Shown here: piece by piece, positions 10,098-19,857 of the stretch
How the letters are laid out: the number at the start of each line of letters is the position of its first letter
Position numbering within the stretch: position 1 is the first letter of the stretch
NCBI GenBank assembly: GCA_963726745.1
Contig: CAVSDR010000006.1
Location: forward strand, 832,001 to 896,000
Direction of reading: 5' to 3'
Origin: an uncultured Verrucomicrobiae bacterium
Lineage (GTDB): Bacteria; Verrucomicrobiota; Verrucomicrobiia; Chthoniobacterales; UBA10450
DNA length: 64,000 nucleotides
Position numbers and translations under genes: made by a program
Notes under the pieces: generated by a model
Told to the model about the DNA's origin: nothing
Databases searched by the model: none
The model's input: only the letters and a program-made list of their open reading frames with translations

Positions 10098-12659
10098 TCA
10101 TTCCGTGCGCAGCGCGGCCATCGGGCTGATCCGCGTGGCCCGGCGCGCCGGGAGCCAGGTGGCGAGCAACGCCGCCGCTGCGAGCACCAGCGGCGCGAGG
10201 GCAAAGGCCAACGGGTCGAACGCGCCCACTTCGTAGAGAATGCCGGCTAATAATTTGCCGGTTGCGGCCGCCAGGAGCAGCCCGAGGACAATTCCGCTCG
10301 CAAGCATCACCAAACCTTCGCGCAGGATCATCCATTGCATGGTCTCGCGCCGCGCGCCCAGCGCCATGCGGATGCCGATCTCGCGCGTGCGCCGCGCGAC
10401 CGAATACGCCTTCACGCCGTAGACGCCGACGACCGCAAGCCCGAGCGCGACCAAACCGAAAACGCTGAAGAGCGTCGCGCCCGCGCGCACCAGCCAAAGC
10501 TCGATGTTCGCCTCGAGGTGTTGCGCGAAAGTTTTGAGCGACAAGATCGGCAGCACGCTGTCGACCTGGCGCACGGCGCGCCGGATCACATCGGCCGTCG
10601 CGGTCACGTCGCCCGCCGCGCCGGGGGCAAAGCGCAGATGAAAAAAGACGTTTCCCTGGTAACCGCCAGCGAAAGGCAGGTAGATCGCGCCCGGCGGATT
10701 TTTCTCGAACAGGCTGTGGCGCGCATAAGGCACGATGCCGACTACCTCGAGCACGCGCGTCGTTTCCACACTCTCGGCCGCCCCAGCTTTAGCCGACACT
10801 TTCTCCTTCTCGGTAGACTGAATTTGCTGCCCGAGCGCGTCACCGTCCGGCCACAATTTCTTTGCAAGGACTTCATCGATGATCGCCACTCGCGGCGTCG
10901 CTTCGTGCATCGCCTCCGCGGCGGAAAAAGCGCGGCCGCGCCGGACGGGTAATCCGACGGTCGCGAAATAATCCGCGCCCACGCTGTTCAAGTTTGCGCT
11001 GAAGGCGAGGCCCTCCGCGGGCGTGGCCGGTTTCGCGTCCGCCGGCGGATGAACACCGCCGCGTTGGATTGATTTTCGGATCGTGACCATGCCGAACGGA
11101 ACCACCCCGGCGATGCTGGCGTGTTCCACACCCGGAAGCGCCGCGAGGCGTTCCTCGAGCTGGCGGTAGAGATCCATCCCGCGTGCTTGATCGTAACCCG
11201 CGAGGCTGGCGTCGACTTCGACCAGGAAATTCTGCTCCGTCTGCAAGCCGGTCTTGACCGAGGCGGCTTTGAAGGCGCCCCGGATGAAGAGCGTGGCCGC
11301 GGTCAGGAGCGCGAGCGAAAAGGCGATTTGCACGACGACCAGCGGGTTGCGCGGAAGAAATTTCCAGCGGCGGCGGACCGCGTCTTCGCCCGGATGTTCC
11401 TTCAGATCGCCCAGGACGGCGCCGCGCGAGATTTTCATCGCCGGGCCGAGCGCAAAACCGAGCGTGCCGAGCACGCAAAAGCCGAGAGTGGCCAGCAGGA
11501 TGGAAGAGTCCAGGCCACCAGCCCAGACGAGGTCGAAGGGCATCATCCGGCCTAACGAGGCCACGAGCAGATCGGACGACCAGAGGCCGAGGAACAAGCC
11601 GCCCGCGCCGCCGGCGAGCGCGAGGACGAAACCTTCCACGAGCAGTTGCCGCACAATTCGCCAGCGGCTCGCGCCGAGCGCAAGGCGGACGGCAATTTCC
11701 TTCCGCCGCGCGGTCCCGCGCGCCAGGAGCATGTTGGCTAAATTCAAACAAGCCACGAGCAGGACGACCGCCGCCATTCCGAAAAGCAGCGGCCCGAGCG
11801 CGCTCACCTCGCTGTCGCTCGAAGGCGCCGTGCTTGTCCCGAGACGCGAGAGCGGCGCGGTCATGAACGTCTGGTCTTTTTGCTCCACCGGAAACGCCTG
11901 CTCGAGATTGGCCGCGAGCGTCTGCAAGGCCGGCGCGGCGGCGGCGGCGGTGACCCCGGCTTTCAGGCGTGCGATCAGGAGCAGCTGCTGGCCCGCGCGA
12001 TCGTCCAAGGTCGTGCGGGTGGAGGATTGGAAATCGCTTTCGAGTTGCTCGTAGACGCCGAGCGGCACCCAGATTTCCGGCGAGAAAAGATTCATCGTGC
12101 CGGTAAAACCGGCCGGCAAAATCCCAATGACCGTGAAGGGCCGGCCGTTGACCTGGATCTCTGAGCCGAGGAGCCCGGGCGAGAGCGCCTGTTTTTGCCA
12201 ATAGCGGTAGCTGACGATCGCGACCGCGGCCTTGCTCCCGGGCTTCTCTTCCTCGTCGGTGAAGGTGCGCCCCTGGATCGGCGCGACTCCGAGAACGCTG
12301 AAGTAATTCGACGAAACGATGTCGGCGAAGGTCCGGCGCGTGTTCCCCTGCTCGCCCACGCCGACCATCGCGAGATTATGCGCGAGCACGCCAGCGAAGA
12401 CGGAGTTTTGCTCGCGCAGATCGCGATAGGTCGGGTAGGAAAAACCGCGAAACTTCTTCGGGTCTTTCCGGTCCTGCGAAAAGATCTGCACGATCTCCTG
12501 CGCCTGCGGATAAGCCGGCGGCCGCAGGAGCAAGGTATCGAGCAGGCTGAAGATGGCTGCGTTCGCCCCGATACCGCAGGCGAGGACAAGAATAGCCGAC
12601 AAGCTGAAGGCCGGCGCCTTCAGCAATTGCCGCACGGCAAAACGCAGGTCGTTGATCAT
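10098..12659 (-). CDS. duplicated MacB/FtsX-type ABC permease (ADOP-like, no adjacent ATPase)
   Basis: DLRFAVRQLLKAP, GIGANAAIFS, ACLNLANMLLAR...EIAVRLALGA, RTREIGIRMALGA, PARRATRISPMAALRTE. Confidence 0.9.
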   Translation of the reverse strand: MINDLRFAVRQLLKAPAFSLSAILVLACGIGANAAIFSLLDTLLLRPPAYPQAQEIVQIFSQDRKDPKKFRGFSYPTYRDLREQNSVFAGVLAHNLAMVGVGEQGNTRRTFADIVSSNYFSVLGVAPIQGRTFTDEEEKPGSKAAVAIVSYRYWQKQALSPGLLGSEIQVNGRPFTVIGILPAGFTGTMNLFSPEIWVPLGVYEQLESDFQSSTRTTLDDRAGQQLLLIARLKAGVTAAAAAPALQTLAANLEQAFPVEQKDQTFMTAPLSRLGTSTAPSSDSEVSALGPLLFGMAAVVLLVACLNLANMLLARGTARRKEIAVRLALGASRWRIVRQLLVEGFVLALAGGAGGLFLGLWSSDLLVASLGRMMPFDLVWAGGLDSSILLATLGFCVLGTLGFALGPAMKISRGAVLGDLKEHPGEDAVRRRWKFLPRNPLVVVQIAFSLALLTAATLFIRGAFKAASVKTGLQTEQNFLVEVDASLAGYDQARGMDLYRQLEERLAALPGVEHASIAGVVPFGMVTIRKSIQRGGVHPPADAKPATPAEGLAFSANLNSVGADYFATVGLPVRRGRAFSAAEAMHEATPRVAIIDEVLAKKLWPDGDALGQQIQSTEKEKVSAKAGAAESVETTRVLEVVGIVPYARHSLFEKNPPGAIYLPFAGGYQGNVFFHLRFAPGAAGDVTATADVIRRAVRQVDSVLPILSLKTFAQHLEANIELWLVRAGATLFSVFGLVALGLAVVGVYGVKAYSVARRTREIGIRMALGARRETMQWMILREGLVMLASGIVLGLLLAAATGKLLAGILYEVGAFDPLAFALAPLVLAAAALLATWLPARRATRISPMAALRTE

Positions 12660-12708
12660 GGTCAACGATCTGATGCGGCTCGCGGGCCCGCTGGATTCAA
12701 CGAACTCG

Positions 12709-15700
12709 TTATTCTCGCGCCGTCGGCAGCGCCTCGCCCTCGCCCAGGAGCTGACGGAACGCGACCGTGGCGCTCGAGGACTCCGGCGCCAAGGCGAGCG
12801 GCGGCTGGCCTTTGGCTTTCAGCGCGTCGTTCAAGGCCGGGAGTTCCTTGGCGTTCAGTTGCTCAAACTCCCGGGTGACGTCGTCGAGCTCTTTCCGGAG
12901 CGCATCGATGTAAGCCAGCTGGTAATCGCCGGGCTTGCCTTCGTAGCTCAGGAGCGCGCCGTAAAGTTGGTCGGTGTGTTCACGCAGGCGTTCTTCGCCG
13001 GTAATCGCACCGCCTTCCGTTGTCGCCACGATCTGCTTCCGGACCTCGTCCAACTTGCTGTCAAAATCAGCCAGCACTTTGTGCAGCGGATCTTCCTGCG
13101 GGACTTCCGCGGAACGCTTCGCCACCGCCGCGCGCAGCGGCAAAATTTTATCCATCAAATCGCTCTCCGCGCCGAAGAGCGCATGCACCCGCATGGCCGC
13201 ATCGTATTGCGCCTTGCGGTCGGCCGCGGTGAACTTTGCGCGCCGATCGAGGGCAACGTTCACCTTGGTTTCAATCACCTGGCCGTTCTTCGTTAGGCGG
13301 ACGGTGTAGGTGCCCGGCAGGACGCGCGGACCGCGCAACCCGGCGCCAGCGATCTGCGCCGCCGGCGGCACCCGTGGCGGCTTTTCGCGCATGCTCCAGG
13401 TCACGCGGTTGAGCCCGGGACGCTTGCTCGCGGGCAGGGTATCGACCACGCGACCGCTCGGATCGAGAACTTCGATTTTCATTTTCCCGAAGAGATGACG
13501 GGAGCGCTGATAGTAGGTGATGACTGCCGCATCCGGCGGATTGTCGCCCGTAAAGACGGCGTCGCCATTGGCCCAGCCGCCGTTGCCCTGGATGCGCTGC
13601 TGCACCGGCTTCGCATCGACGAAGACCGCTTCCTGCGACATCACCTGCGGGGTAAGCGCGCGCAGCGGCGTGATGTCGTCAACAATCCAGATGCCGCGGC
13701 CGTGAGTCGCGAGCACGAGCTCGTTGTCGCGCGGCTGGATCGCGATGTCGCGCACGGAGACGGCCGGGAAGCGGCCGCCCTTGAATTGCGCCCAGGCTTT
13801 GCCGCCATCGATGGAAATGTAGAGGCCGAATTCCGTGCCCAGGAAAAGTAGCTCGGGCTTGACCGTGTCCTCCCGGATCACGTGCGCGTAACCCTGCACG
13901 CCGGAGAGCTCGTCTGGACTAACGAGTGGTTGCCAGGTCTGGCCGAAGTCGGCCGTCTTGTAGAGGTAGGCGGTCATGTCGCCAAAGGTGTGGCGATCGA
14001 AGGTGACGTAGGCCGTGCCCGGCGCGAAATTACTCGCCTGGACCCAGCTCACCCAGGAATTAGGCGGCAAGTTGGGGACGTTCTTGACCACGTTGTTCCA
14101 GGTCTTCCCGCCGTCTTTCGTGAGCTGAAGATTGCCGTCGTCCGTGCCGACCCAGATGACGTTCTTGTCCTTGGGCGACTCGCTGATCGAGTAGATCGTG
14201 GTGTGCGCTTCGGCCGCGGAGTTGTCGATCGTGACGCCGCCGGATTTCTCCTGCTCCTGCTTCTTCGGATCGTTCGTGGTCAGGTCGGGCGAGATGCGAT
14301 CCCAGCTCTGGCCCTGGTTGCGCGAACGGAAGAGAAACTGCGCGCCGAGGTAGATCGTCCCCTTCTCGTTCGGCGAAAGCGCGATCGGCGTGTTCCAATT
14401 CCAGCGCAGCTTCTCCTTGTAGTTCGGCTTCGGCTGAATGTCGCGGCCTTGGAGCGTTTTCCGGTTTACCCGGCCGATCGCGCCGCCCTGCGCTTCGGCG
14501 TAGAGGTAATCGGGATCCGACGGATCGGAGAACATCCAAAAGCCGTCGCCGCCAAACATGTTTTCCCATTGGGCGTTGTTGATCCCGCCAGGGTATTGCG
14601 ATTGGCCGACCCAGGAGCTGTTATCCTGCAAGCCGCCGTAGACGCGATAGGGATCGGCGTCGTCCACGCTCACATGGTAGAACTGCGAGATCGGGAGGTT
14701 GCCCGCCTTCCACCATTTGCTCCCGCCATTAAAGGAATACCAGAGGCCGCCGTCATCGCCCGCGTAGACCGTCTGCGGGTTCGTCGGATCGATCCAGACA
14801 TCGTGCACGTCGCCGTGCGCGCCCTGGAATCCGCCCACGGTGGCGAAACTTTTGCCGGCATCATCACTCACGATGAGCGCGCCATCGGTCTTGAAAACGC
14901 GGTCGGCGTTCTTCGGATCGACGATCAAATTAGCGAAATAAAACGGCCGCCAAACCATCCAGGTGCTCTTGTCGCGCTTATCCCAAGTGCCGCCGCCGTC
15001 GTCGGAAACAAAGAGCGCGCTGTCGGTTGATTCGACGAAGCAATAAACCCGCTGCGGATTAGACGGCGCGATCGCGACCGCGAGGCGTCCATAAGGCTTC
15101 TTGCCGAAACCTTTGTTCGCTTCCGGCGTGACCTCGGCCCAGGTGGCGCCGCCATCGGTCGACTTAAACAAGCCGCTCGCGCTTGGCCGCTTCCGGGCCC
15201 TCGCCGCCCGAGCGGAAGGTCCAGCCTTTGCGGCGGAAGTCCCACATGGTGGCGAAGAGGATATTGGGGTTGGCCGGATCCATCGCGATCCCGGAACAAC
15301 CGGTGGAAAGGTTGCCCCCTTTGAGAATGAGCTTCCAGTTCAGGCCGCCATCGGTCGTCTGGTAAAGCCCGCGCTCGGCGCTATCGCTCCAGAGCGGCCC
15401 GGGGACGGCGACATAAGCGGTCTCGCTGTTTGTCGGGCTGACGATGATCTTCGCGATCCGCTCGGAAGCAGGCAAGCCGATGCGGTTCCAGGTTTCGCCG
15501 CCATCGGTCGAGCGATACATCCCGTTGCCGATGGAGACGCTGTTGCGCGTCCAGGCTTCGCCGGTGCCCACCCAGACGTTCTTCGGGTTCTTCGGATCAA
15601 GCGCGATTGCGCCGATCGATTGCGCCGGCTGTTCGTCGAAGACCGGGCGGAAGATGGTGCCGTTGTCCTCCGATTTCCAAACGCCGCCGCTGGCCGCGCC

Positions 15701-15886
15701 GACGTAGATCGTGGTCTTGCCGTTGTCCTCGCGATGAGCTGCGAGCGCGGAGATGCGTCCGCTCATGGTGGCCGAGCCAATATTGCGCGCGCCCAGGCCG
15801 GAAATGGTCGCGGAGCTGTAAGGCGCCTGCTGGGCCGAGGCCAGGCCGGCGATGCCTAACGAGAGGATGATGGAGAGGTAACGCAT
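12709..15886 (-). CDS. secreted VPS10/BNR (Asp-box) beta-propeller glycosyl hydrolase-like protein; one frameshift near 15180
   Basis: ORFs 15164-15886 and 12709-15171 are continuous in content (SGRISALA, GGVWKS, S.DGG.TW repeats, GGLQDN, ATHGRGIW). Confidence 0.85.
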
Positions 15887-15893
15887 GGGAAAA

Positions 15894-16646
15894 TTACTTG
15901 GAAGGGTTGGCCGCGGGGAATTGGAACGTCTTGCTGTCTATCGGCGCGTTCGCCTCGGCTTTTTCGAGGACGATCTTTTGCTTGTCCTGCGAGCCTTTGC
16001 GGCCGGACTCGACCGAGAAAGGCAGGTAAACGCCGTTCACTTTCTCGTAGTCGCTTAAGTCCGTCTCGGTCTCGACCTGCGCGCCGTGCTCGGTCCGTTG
16101 GGTGAGCACGCGGATCTCGAGGAAATGCTCCGGCTCGAGGTAAACGTAGTTAATGTCGCCGTTCTTGCGCGTCACCTTGAGCTTGTAGGCCTGGGTGCCG
16201 TCGACGTCCTCGGTCCCGAGGTATTCCACCTGGCTGCCCTTAGCTTTCCAGTCGACCAAAGCGCCGTCTATTTCCGCTTCCTCGATCAGCGATTTCTTGT
16301 CGTCCTCGGAAAGTTTCTCGGGATCTTTGCGTCCTTGGAACGGGGAAATCTTCCAGGCGTCCTGCCCGTCGAAAGCCTGCACCATCGTCAGGCCCTGGAG
16401 GGTGTATTCCGTCCGCACCGCGCCGGGACGTTGGCGGGTTTGCGAGTAACCAAATTCCATCTGCCCGCCGTTGACCAGCATCTTGCCGGTAAGGTGGACG
16501 GACTTGAGCGCCTGGAGCGCTTCCGCGCCGCCTTTGGCTTCGACATTTTTCGCGACCAGCTGGTCGACGGTCATTTGCTTCGGTTCCTGCGCGAAGAGCG
16601 AACCGGCAGCAGCGAGGGGAAGGAGGAGAAGGATTCGTGAGATCAT
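15894..16646 (-). CDS. secreted hypothetical protein, outer-membrane lipoprotein-sorting/LolA-like
   Basis: Signal peptide MISRILLLLPLAAAGSLFAQ; KNVEAKGG, FDGQDAW, LGTEDVDG..AYKLKV, SDYEKVNGVYLPF. Confidence 0.65.
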   Translation of the reverse strand: MISRILLLLPLAAAGSLFAQEPKQMTVDQLVAKNVEAKGGAEALQALKSVHLTGKMLVNGGQMEFGYSQTRQRPGAVRTEYTLQGLTMVQAFDGQDAWKISPFQGRKDPEKLSEDDKKSLIEEAEIDGALVDWKAKGSQVEYLGTEDVDGTQAYKLKVTRKNGDINYVYLEPEHFLEIRVLTQRTEHGAQVETETDLSDYEKVNGVYLPFSVESGRKGSQDKQKIVLEKAEANAPIDSKTFQFPAANPSK

Positions 16647-16785
16647 GGGTTGAACCGCAGCGAGGCGGGCAGGGGAAGATAAGCCTTTCCCCGCATTGGC
16701 AAGTCGCAGGCGCTGCCTAACGAGAAATTTCTTGCCAGCGGCGAGACTTTCCCGCCACTCTGCGCGCATCTGCCTTAACCCTACC

Positions 16786-19773
16786 ATGAAAACAACCAAG
16801 CTCCCCTTCTCCCGCATGTTGCCGGCAGCTGCGCTGGCCTTGCTCCTCTCCGCCGGGTCCGCCGCGGCCCAGCTCGCCGTCAGCGCGCCCACCCCGCCGG
16901 CGGCCGATCCCAACGGCAACGCCGTTCCCGTCCAGGAAGCGACCACTGACCGTGTCTTCGTCACCGGCTCGAACATCCCCACGGCAGCGGAAGTCGGGCC
17001 GAACCCGGTGCTGAACGTGAACCGGGACTTGATCAACAAGAGCGGTGAACGCACCGCCGAGGAACTCCTGCGCAATCTCCCGGTGGCGAACGCCAACGGC
17101 GTCCCGGTTTCCAACAACGAGAACGGCTCGAATACCGCGGTCGGCGCAGCGACAATCGCGCTCCGCGGCTTCGACGCGCGCGCTACCCTCATCCTGCTCG
17201 ATGGCCGCCGCGTGGCGCCTTACCCCACGAGCAATGCCGGGATCGTCTTCATCGATCTCAACTCCATCCCGCAATCGTCGATCGAGAGCATCGAGATTCT
17301 GAAGGACGGCGCCTCCACCACCTACGGCGCGGATGCGGTCGCAGGCGTGGTCAACGTCAAGCGCTGGAAAAACTTTAAAGGCGCGCAGGCCACGATCGAA
17401 TATGGGAACACGACCGACAAAGACTCGGGCGAATTCAATAGCTCGCTCCTCTTCGGCGTAGGCAACGGCACGACCACGGTCTCGGGCACGGTGAACTACT
17501 ATCACCGCAACTCGATCTTCAATCGCGACCGCGATTACTCCGCGGTCCCGCCGTTCCTGAGCAGCAATGCGAGCCCGTATAACCTGCAGTTGAGCAAAGC
17601 GGCCGTGGCTGCGGCCGGCGGCACCGTCCTGCCGGGCGCGAGCGCGAATCAATTTGCCACCCCGCCTGATCGGACGAATGGCCTGGCCCCGGCAAATGCC
17701 TACCTCTATGGCAACAGCCGTGTCCGTTCCGGCCCAAACGGTTTTAACTTCAACCAATTCTCCCTCTCCTTCCCGGAATCGGAGCGCTACGGCGGCTACC
17801 TCTCGATGGAGCACAAGGTCTTCGGCGACGCGCTCGTGCTCTACGGCGACTCGATGTATCAAAACGTGAAGACGCACAACGAGCTCGCGCCCCCGGCCAC
17901 GGGCAACTTCCAAACGCCCGGGCAGATCACGATCGCGATTCCTCCGCGCGTCCCGAATCCCGCAGGCACGACACCCTTCGGCGGGCCGACCTATGCGGAG
18001 ACCGGACTCGCGCCCGGCGCCTTCAATCCATTCAACCCCTTCAACCAAATCATTTCCGGCGGTTCGCGCGCGCGCCTCGCAGAATTTGGCAACCGGCTCT
18101 TCGACAACGAAACCGATGCCTTCCTCGCGACCCTCGGCTTCAAAGGCGACAAATTGTTTAACGGCACCTGGGGTTACGATGCCGGCTTCCGTTACAGCCA
18201 GGTGAAGAACACGACCACCGGGACGCAGCTCTCCTCCTCGCGTTTCACCCGCATCCTGAACCAGGCCGACCCGATCTTTAATCCGGCCTCGTCGCAGTAC
18301 ATCGGCACGACGACCGCGTTCAATCCCTTCGGCGATTACCGCAACCCGGTCGCCTCGAACCAGGCCACGGTGGAATACGCGCGCGTCCATCCAGTAGACA
18401 GCGACATCTCGAAGCTGGCCACGCTCGACGCCACGGTCTACACGACCGCGCTCTTCGACCTCCCGGCCGGCGGCGTGGGCTTCGCCTTTGGCGGTCAATT
18501 CCGCCGCGAATCGCTCAGCGAAGATCCAGACCAGCTCAACATCATCGGCGACATCGCGGGCAACTCCGCGATCGCCGCGGCGCGCGGCGGGCGGAAGTCG
18601 TTCGCCTTCTATTCGGAGACGAACGTGCCGATCTTTAGCCAGCAGAATGCGATCGGCGGTTTCCATGCGCTCGACCTGACCGCGGCGGTGCGTTACGAGG
18701 AATTCCGGAACAACAACACCAACGTGGCCGTGCCGAAATTTGGCCTCCGCTGGCAGCCGCTGGACGATTCCCTGACCCTGCGCGCGACCTGGGGCAAAGG
18801 CTTCCGCGAGCCCGCGCTCGAGGAGCTCTACACCGCGCCCATCTCCGATATCCAGCCGTCGCGCGATCCGATGAACGGCGGCGCCTTTGAGCCGGAGACG
18901 CAGACGCTGATCGTCGCGAACCCGAACCTCGCGCCGGAAGATTCCGAGACCGTGGCCTTCGGCGCGGTTTACTCGCCGAAGTATCTCGCCGGCCTCACCC
19001 TTACGCTCGACCTCTGGCAGATCGAGCGCACCGGCGTGGTTGAGACTTCGCCGCTCGACGCCGTCCTCCAGCGCGAACTTGCCGGCACTCTCCTCCCCGG
19101 CGAACGCGTGGAGCGTTTCGCCGATGGCTCGATCGCCCGCGTGGTCGTGCCCTATCGCAACGAAGGCAGCCAAAAAGCCAACGGCGTCGACATGGGGATT
19201 CAATACATTCGCGAAACTTCCTTCGGCACCTTCACCTCGCTCACGCAGGCGACTTACCTGAATTCCTTCGAACGTCAGCGCCTCGCAGGCGGACCGATCG
19301 ATCAACTCGCCGGCCAATCGAGCGAGCTCGGCGCTTCGAACGAGGGCTACTATCGCTGGCGCGCGAACAGCAGCCTCGATTGGGCCTGGAAAGGTTTCGA
19401 CCTCGTCAGCACTGTCCGTTTCATCGATGGCTTCCACGAAGAAGACGCGAACTTGAACCGCCACGATGTCGAGCACCGGTGGCTCTTCGACCTCCAGGCC
19501 TCTTACGATTTCGGCGCGCTCGTCTCGCACGCGCAGGCGACCGCGGGCTACGCGAAGGACAGCAAGGCCGGCCCGGCCACCGTCAGCACTGCGAGCGCGA
19601 GTGCGTGGGATCGGTTGCTCGAAGGCACGCGCCTGACCGTGGGCGTGACCAATCTCTTCGACAAGGATCCGCCGTTTGCGTCCGGCCAGGGCGGCAATGC
19701 GGTCGGCTATCCCGGCTTCACCTACGACTCGACTGGGCGCTTCGTTTATGTGCGCCTGATCAAGAAGTTTTAG
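16786..19773 (+). CDS. TonB-dependent receptor
   Basis: Signal peptide, VFVTGSNIP TonB box, TLILLDGRR, IEILKDGASTTYGADAVAGVVN plug, C-terminal GRFVYVRLIKKF. Confidence 0.95.
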   Translation: MKTTKLPFSRMLPAAALALLLSAGSAAAQLAVSAPTPPAADPNGNAVPVQEATTDRVFVTGSNIPTAAEVGPNPVLNVNRDLINKSGERTAEELLRNLPVANANGVPVSNNENGSNTAVGAATIALRGFDARATLILLDGRRVAPYPTSNAGIVFIDLNSIPQSSIESIEILKDGASTTYGADAVAGVVNVKRWKNFKGAQATIEYGNTTDKDSGEFNSSLLFGVGNGTTTVSGTVNYYHRNSIFNRDRDYSAVPPFLSSNASPYNLQLSKAAVAAAGGTVLPGASANQFATPPDRTNGLAPANAYLYGNSRVRSGPNGFNFNQFSLSFPESERYGGYLSMEHKVFGDALVLYGDSMYQNVKTHNELAPPATGNFQTPGQITIAIPPRVPNPAGTTPFGGPTYAETGLAPGAFNPFNPFNQIISGGSRARLAEFGNRLFDNETDAFLATLGFKGDKLFNGTWGYDAGFRYSQVKNTTTGTQLSSSRFTRILNQADPIFNPASSQYIGTTTAFNPFGDYRNPVASNQATVEYARVHPVDSDISKLATLDATVYTTALFDLPAGGVGFAFGGQFRRESLSEDPDQLNIIGDIAGNSAIAAARGGRKSFAFYSETNVPIFSQQNAIGGFHALDLTAAVRYEEFRNNNTNVAVPKFGLRWQPLDDSLTLRATWGKGFREPALEELYTAPISDIQPSRDPMNGGAFEPETQTLIVANPNLAPEDSETVAFGAVYSPKYLAGLTLTLDLWQIERTGVVETSPLDAVLQRELAGTLLPGERVERFADGSIARVVVPYRNEGSQKANGVDMGIQYIRETSFGTFTSLTQATYLNSFERQRLAGGPIDQLAGQSSELGASNEGYYRWRANSSLDWAWKGFDLVSTVRFIDGFHEEDANLNRHDVEHRWLFDLQASYDFGALVSHAQATAGYAKDSKAGPATVSTASASAWDRLLEGTRLTVGVTNLFDKDPPFASGQGGNAVGYPGFTYDSTGRFVYVRLIKKF

Positions 19774-19812
19774 GCGGCAACTTCAGCGCCCAAAGCGCTG
19801 GCTAAAATTCCC

Positions 19813-19851
19813 CAAACCCTCGCGCTCGTTTGATCCGGGCGCGGGGGTTTG
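19813..19851. terminator. hairpin between convergent genes, probable terminator
   Basis: caaaccctcgcgctcg / cgggcgcgggggtttg 16-bp stem with two G-U pairs. Confidence 0.55.
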
Positions 19852-19857
19852 TGCTTT

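Noticed and set aside
16717..19530. Long antisense/alternate-frame ORFs (e.g. 937 aa here, also 30649-32325, 32327-33955, 41847-43610)
   Set aside because: Shadow ORFs expected opposite real genes in high-GC DNA; no recognisable motifs.
19520..19610. Low-complexity insertion (ATAGYAKDSKAGPAT) near the TBDR C-terminus, loosely like AYDSKQ at the start of the 30955 barrel
   Set aside because: The similarity is too short to support a shared sorting motif from this window alone.
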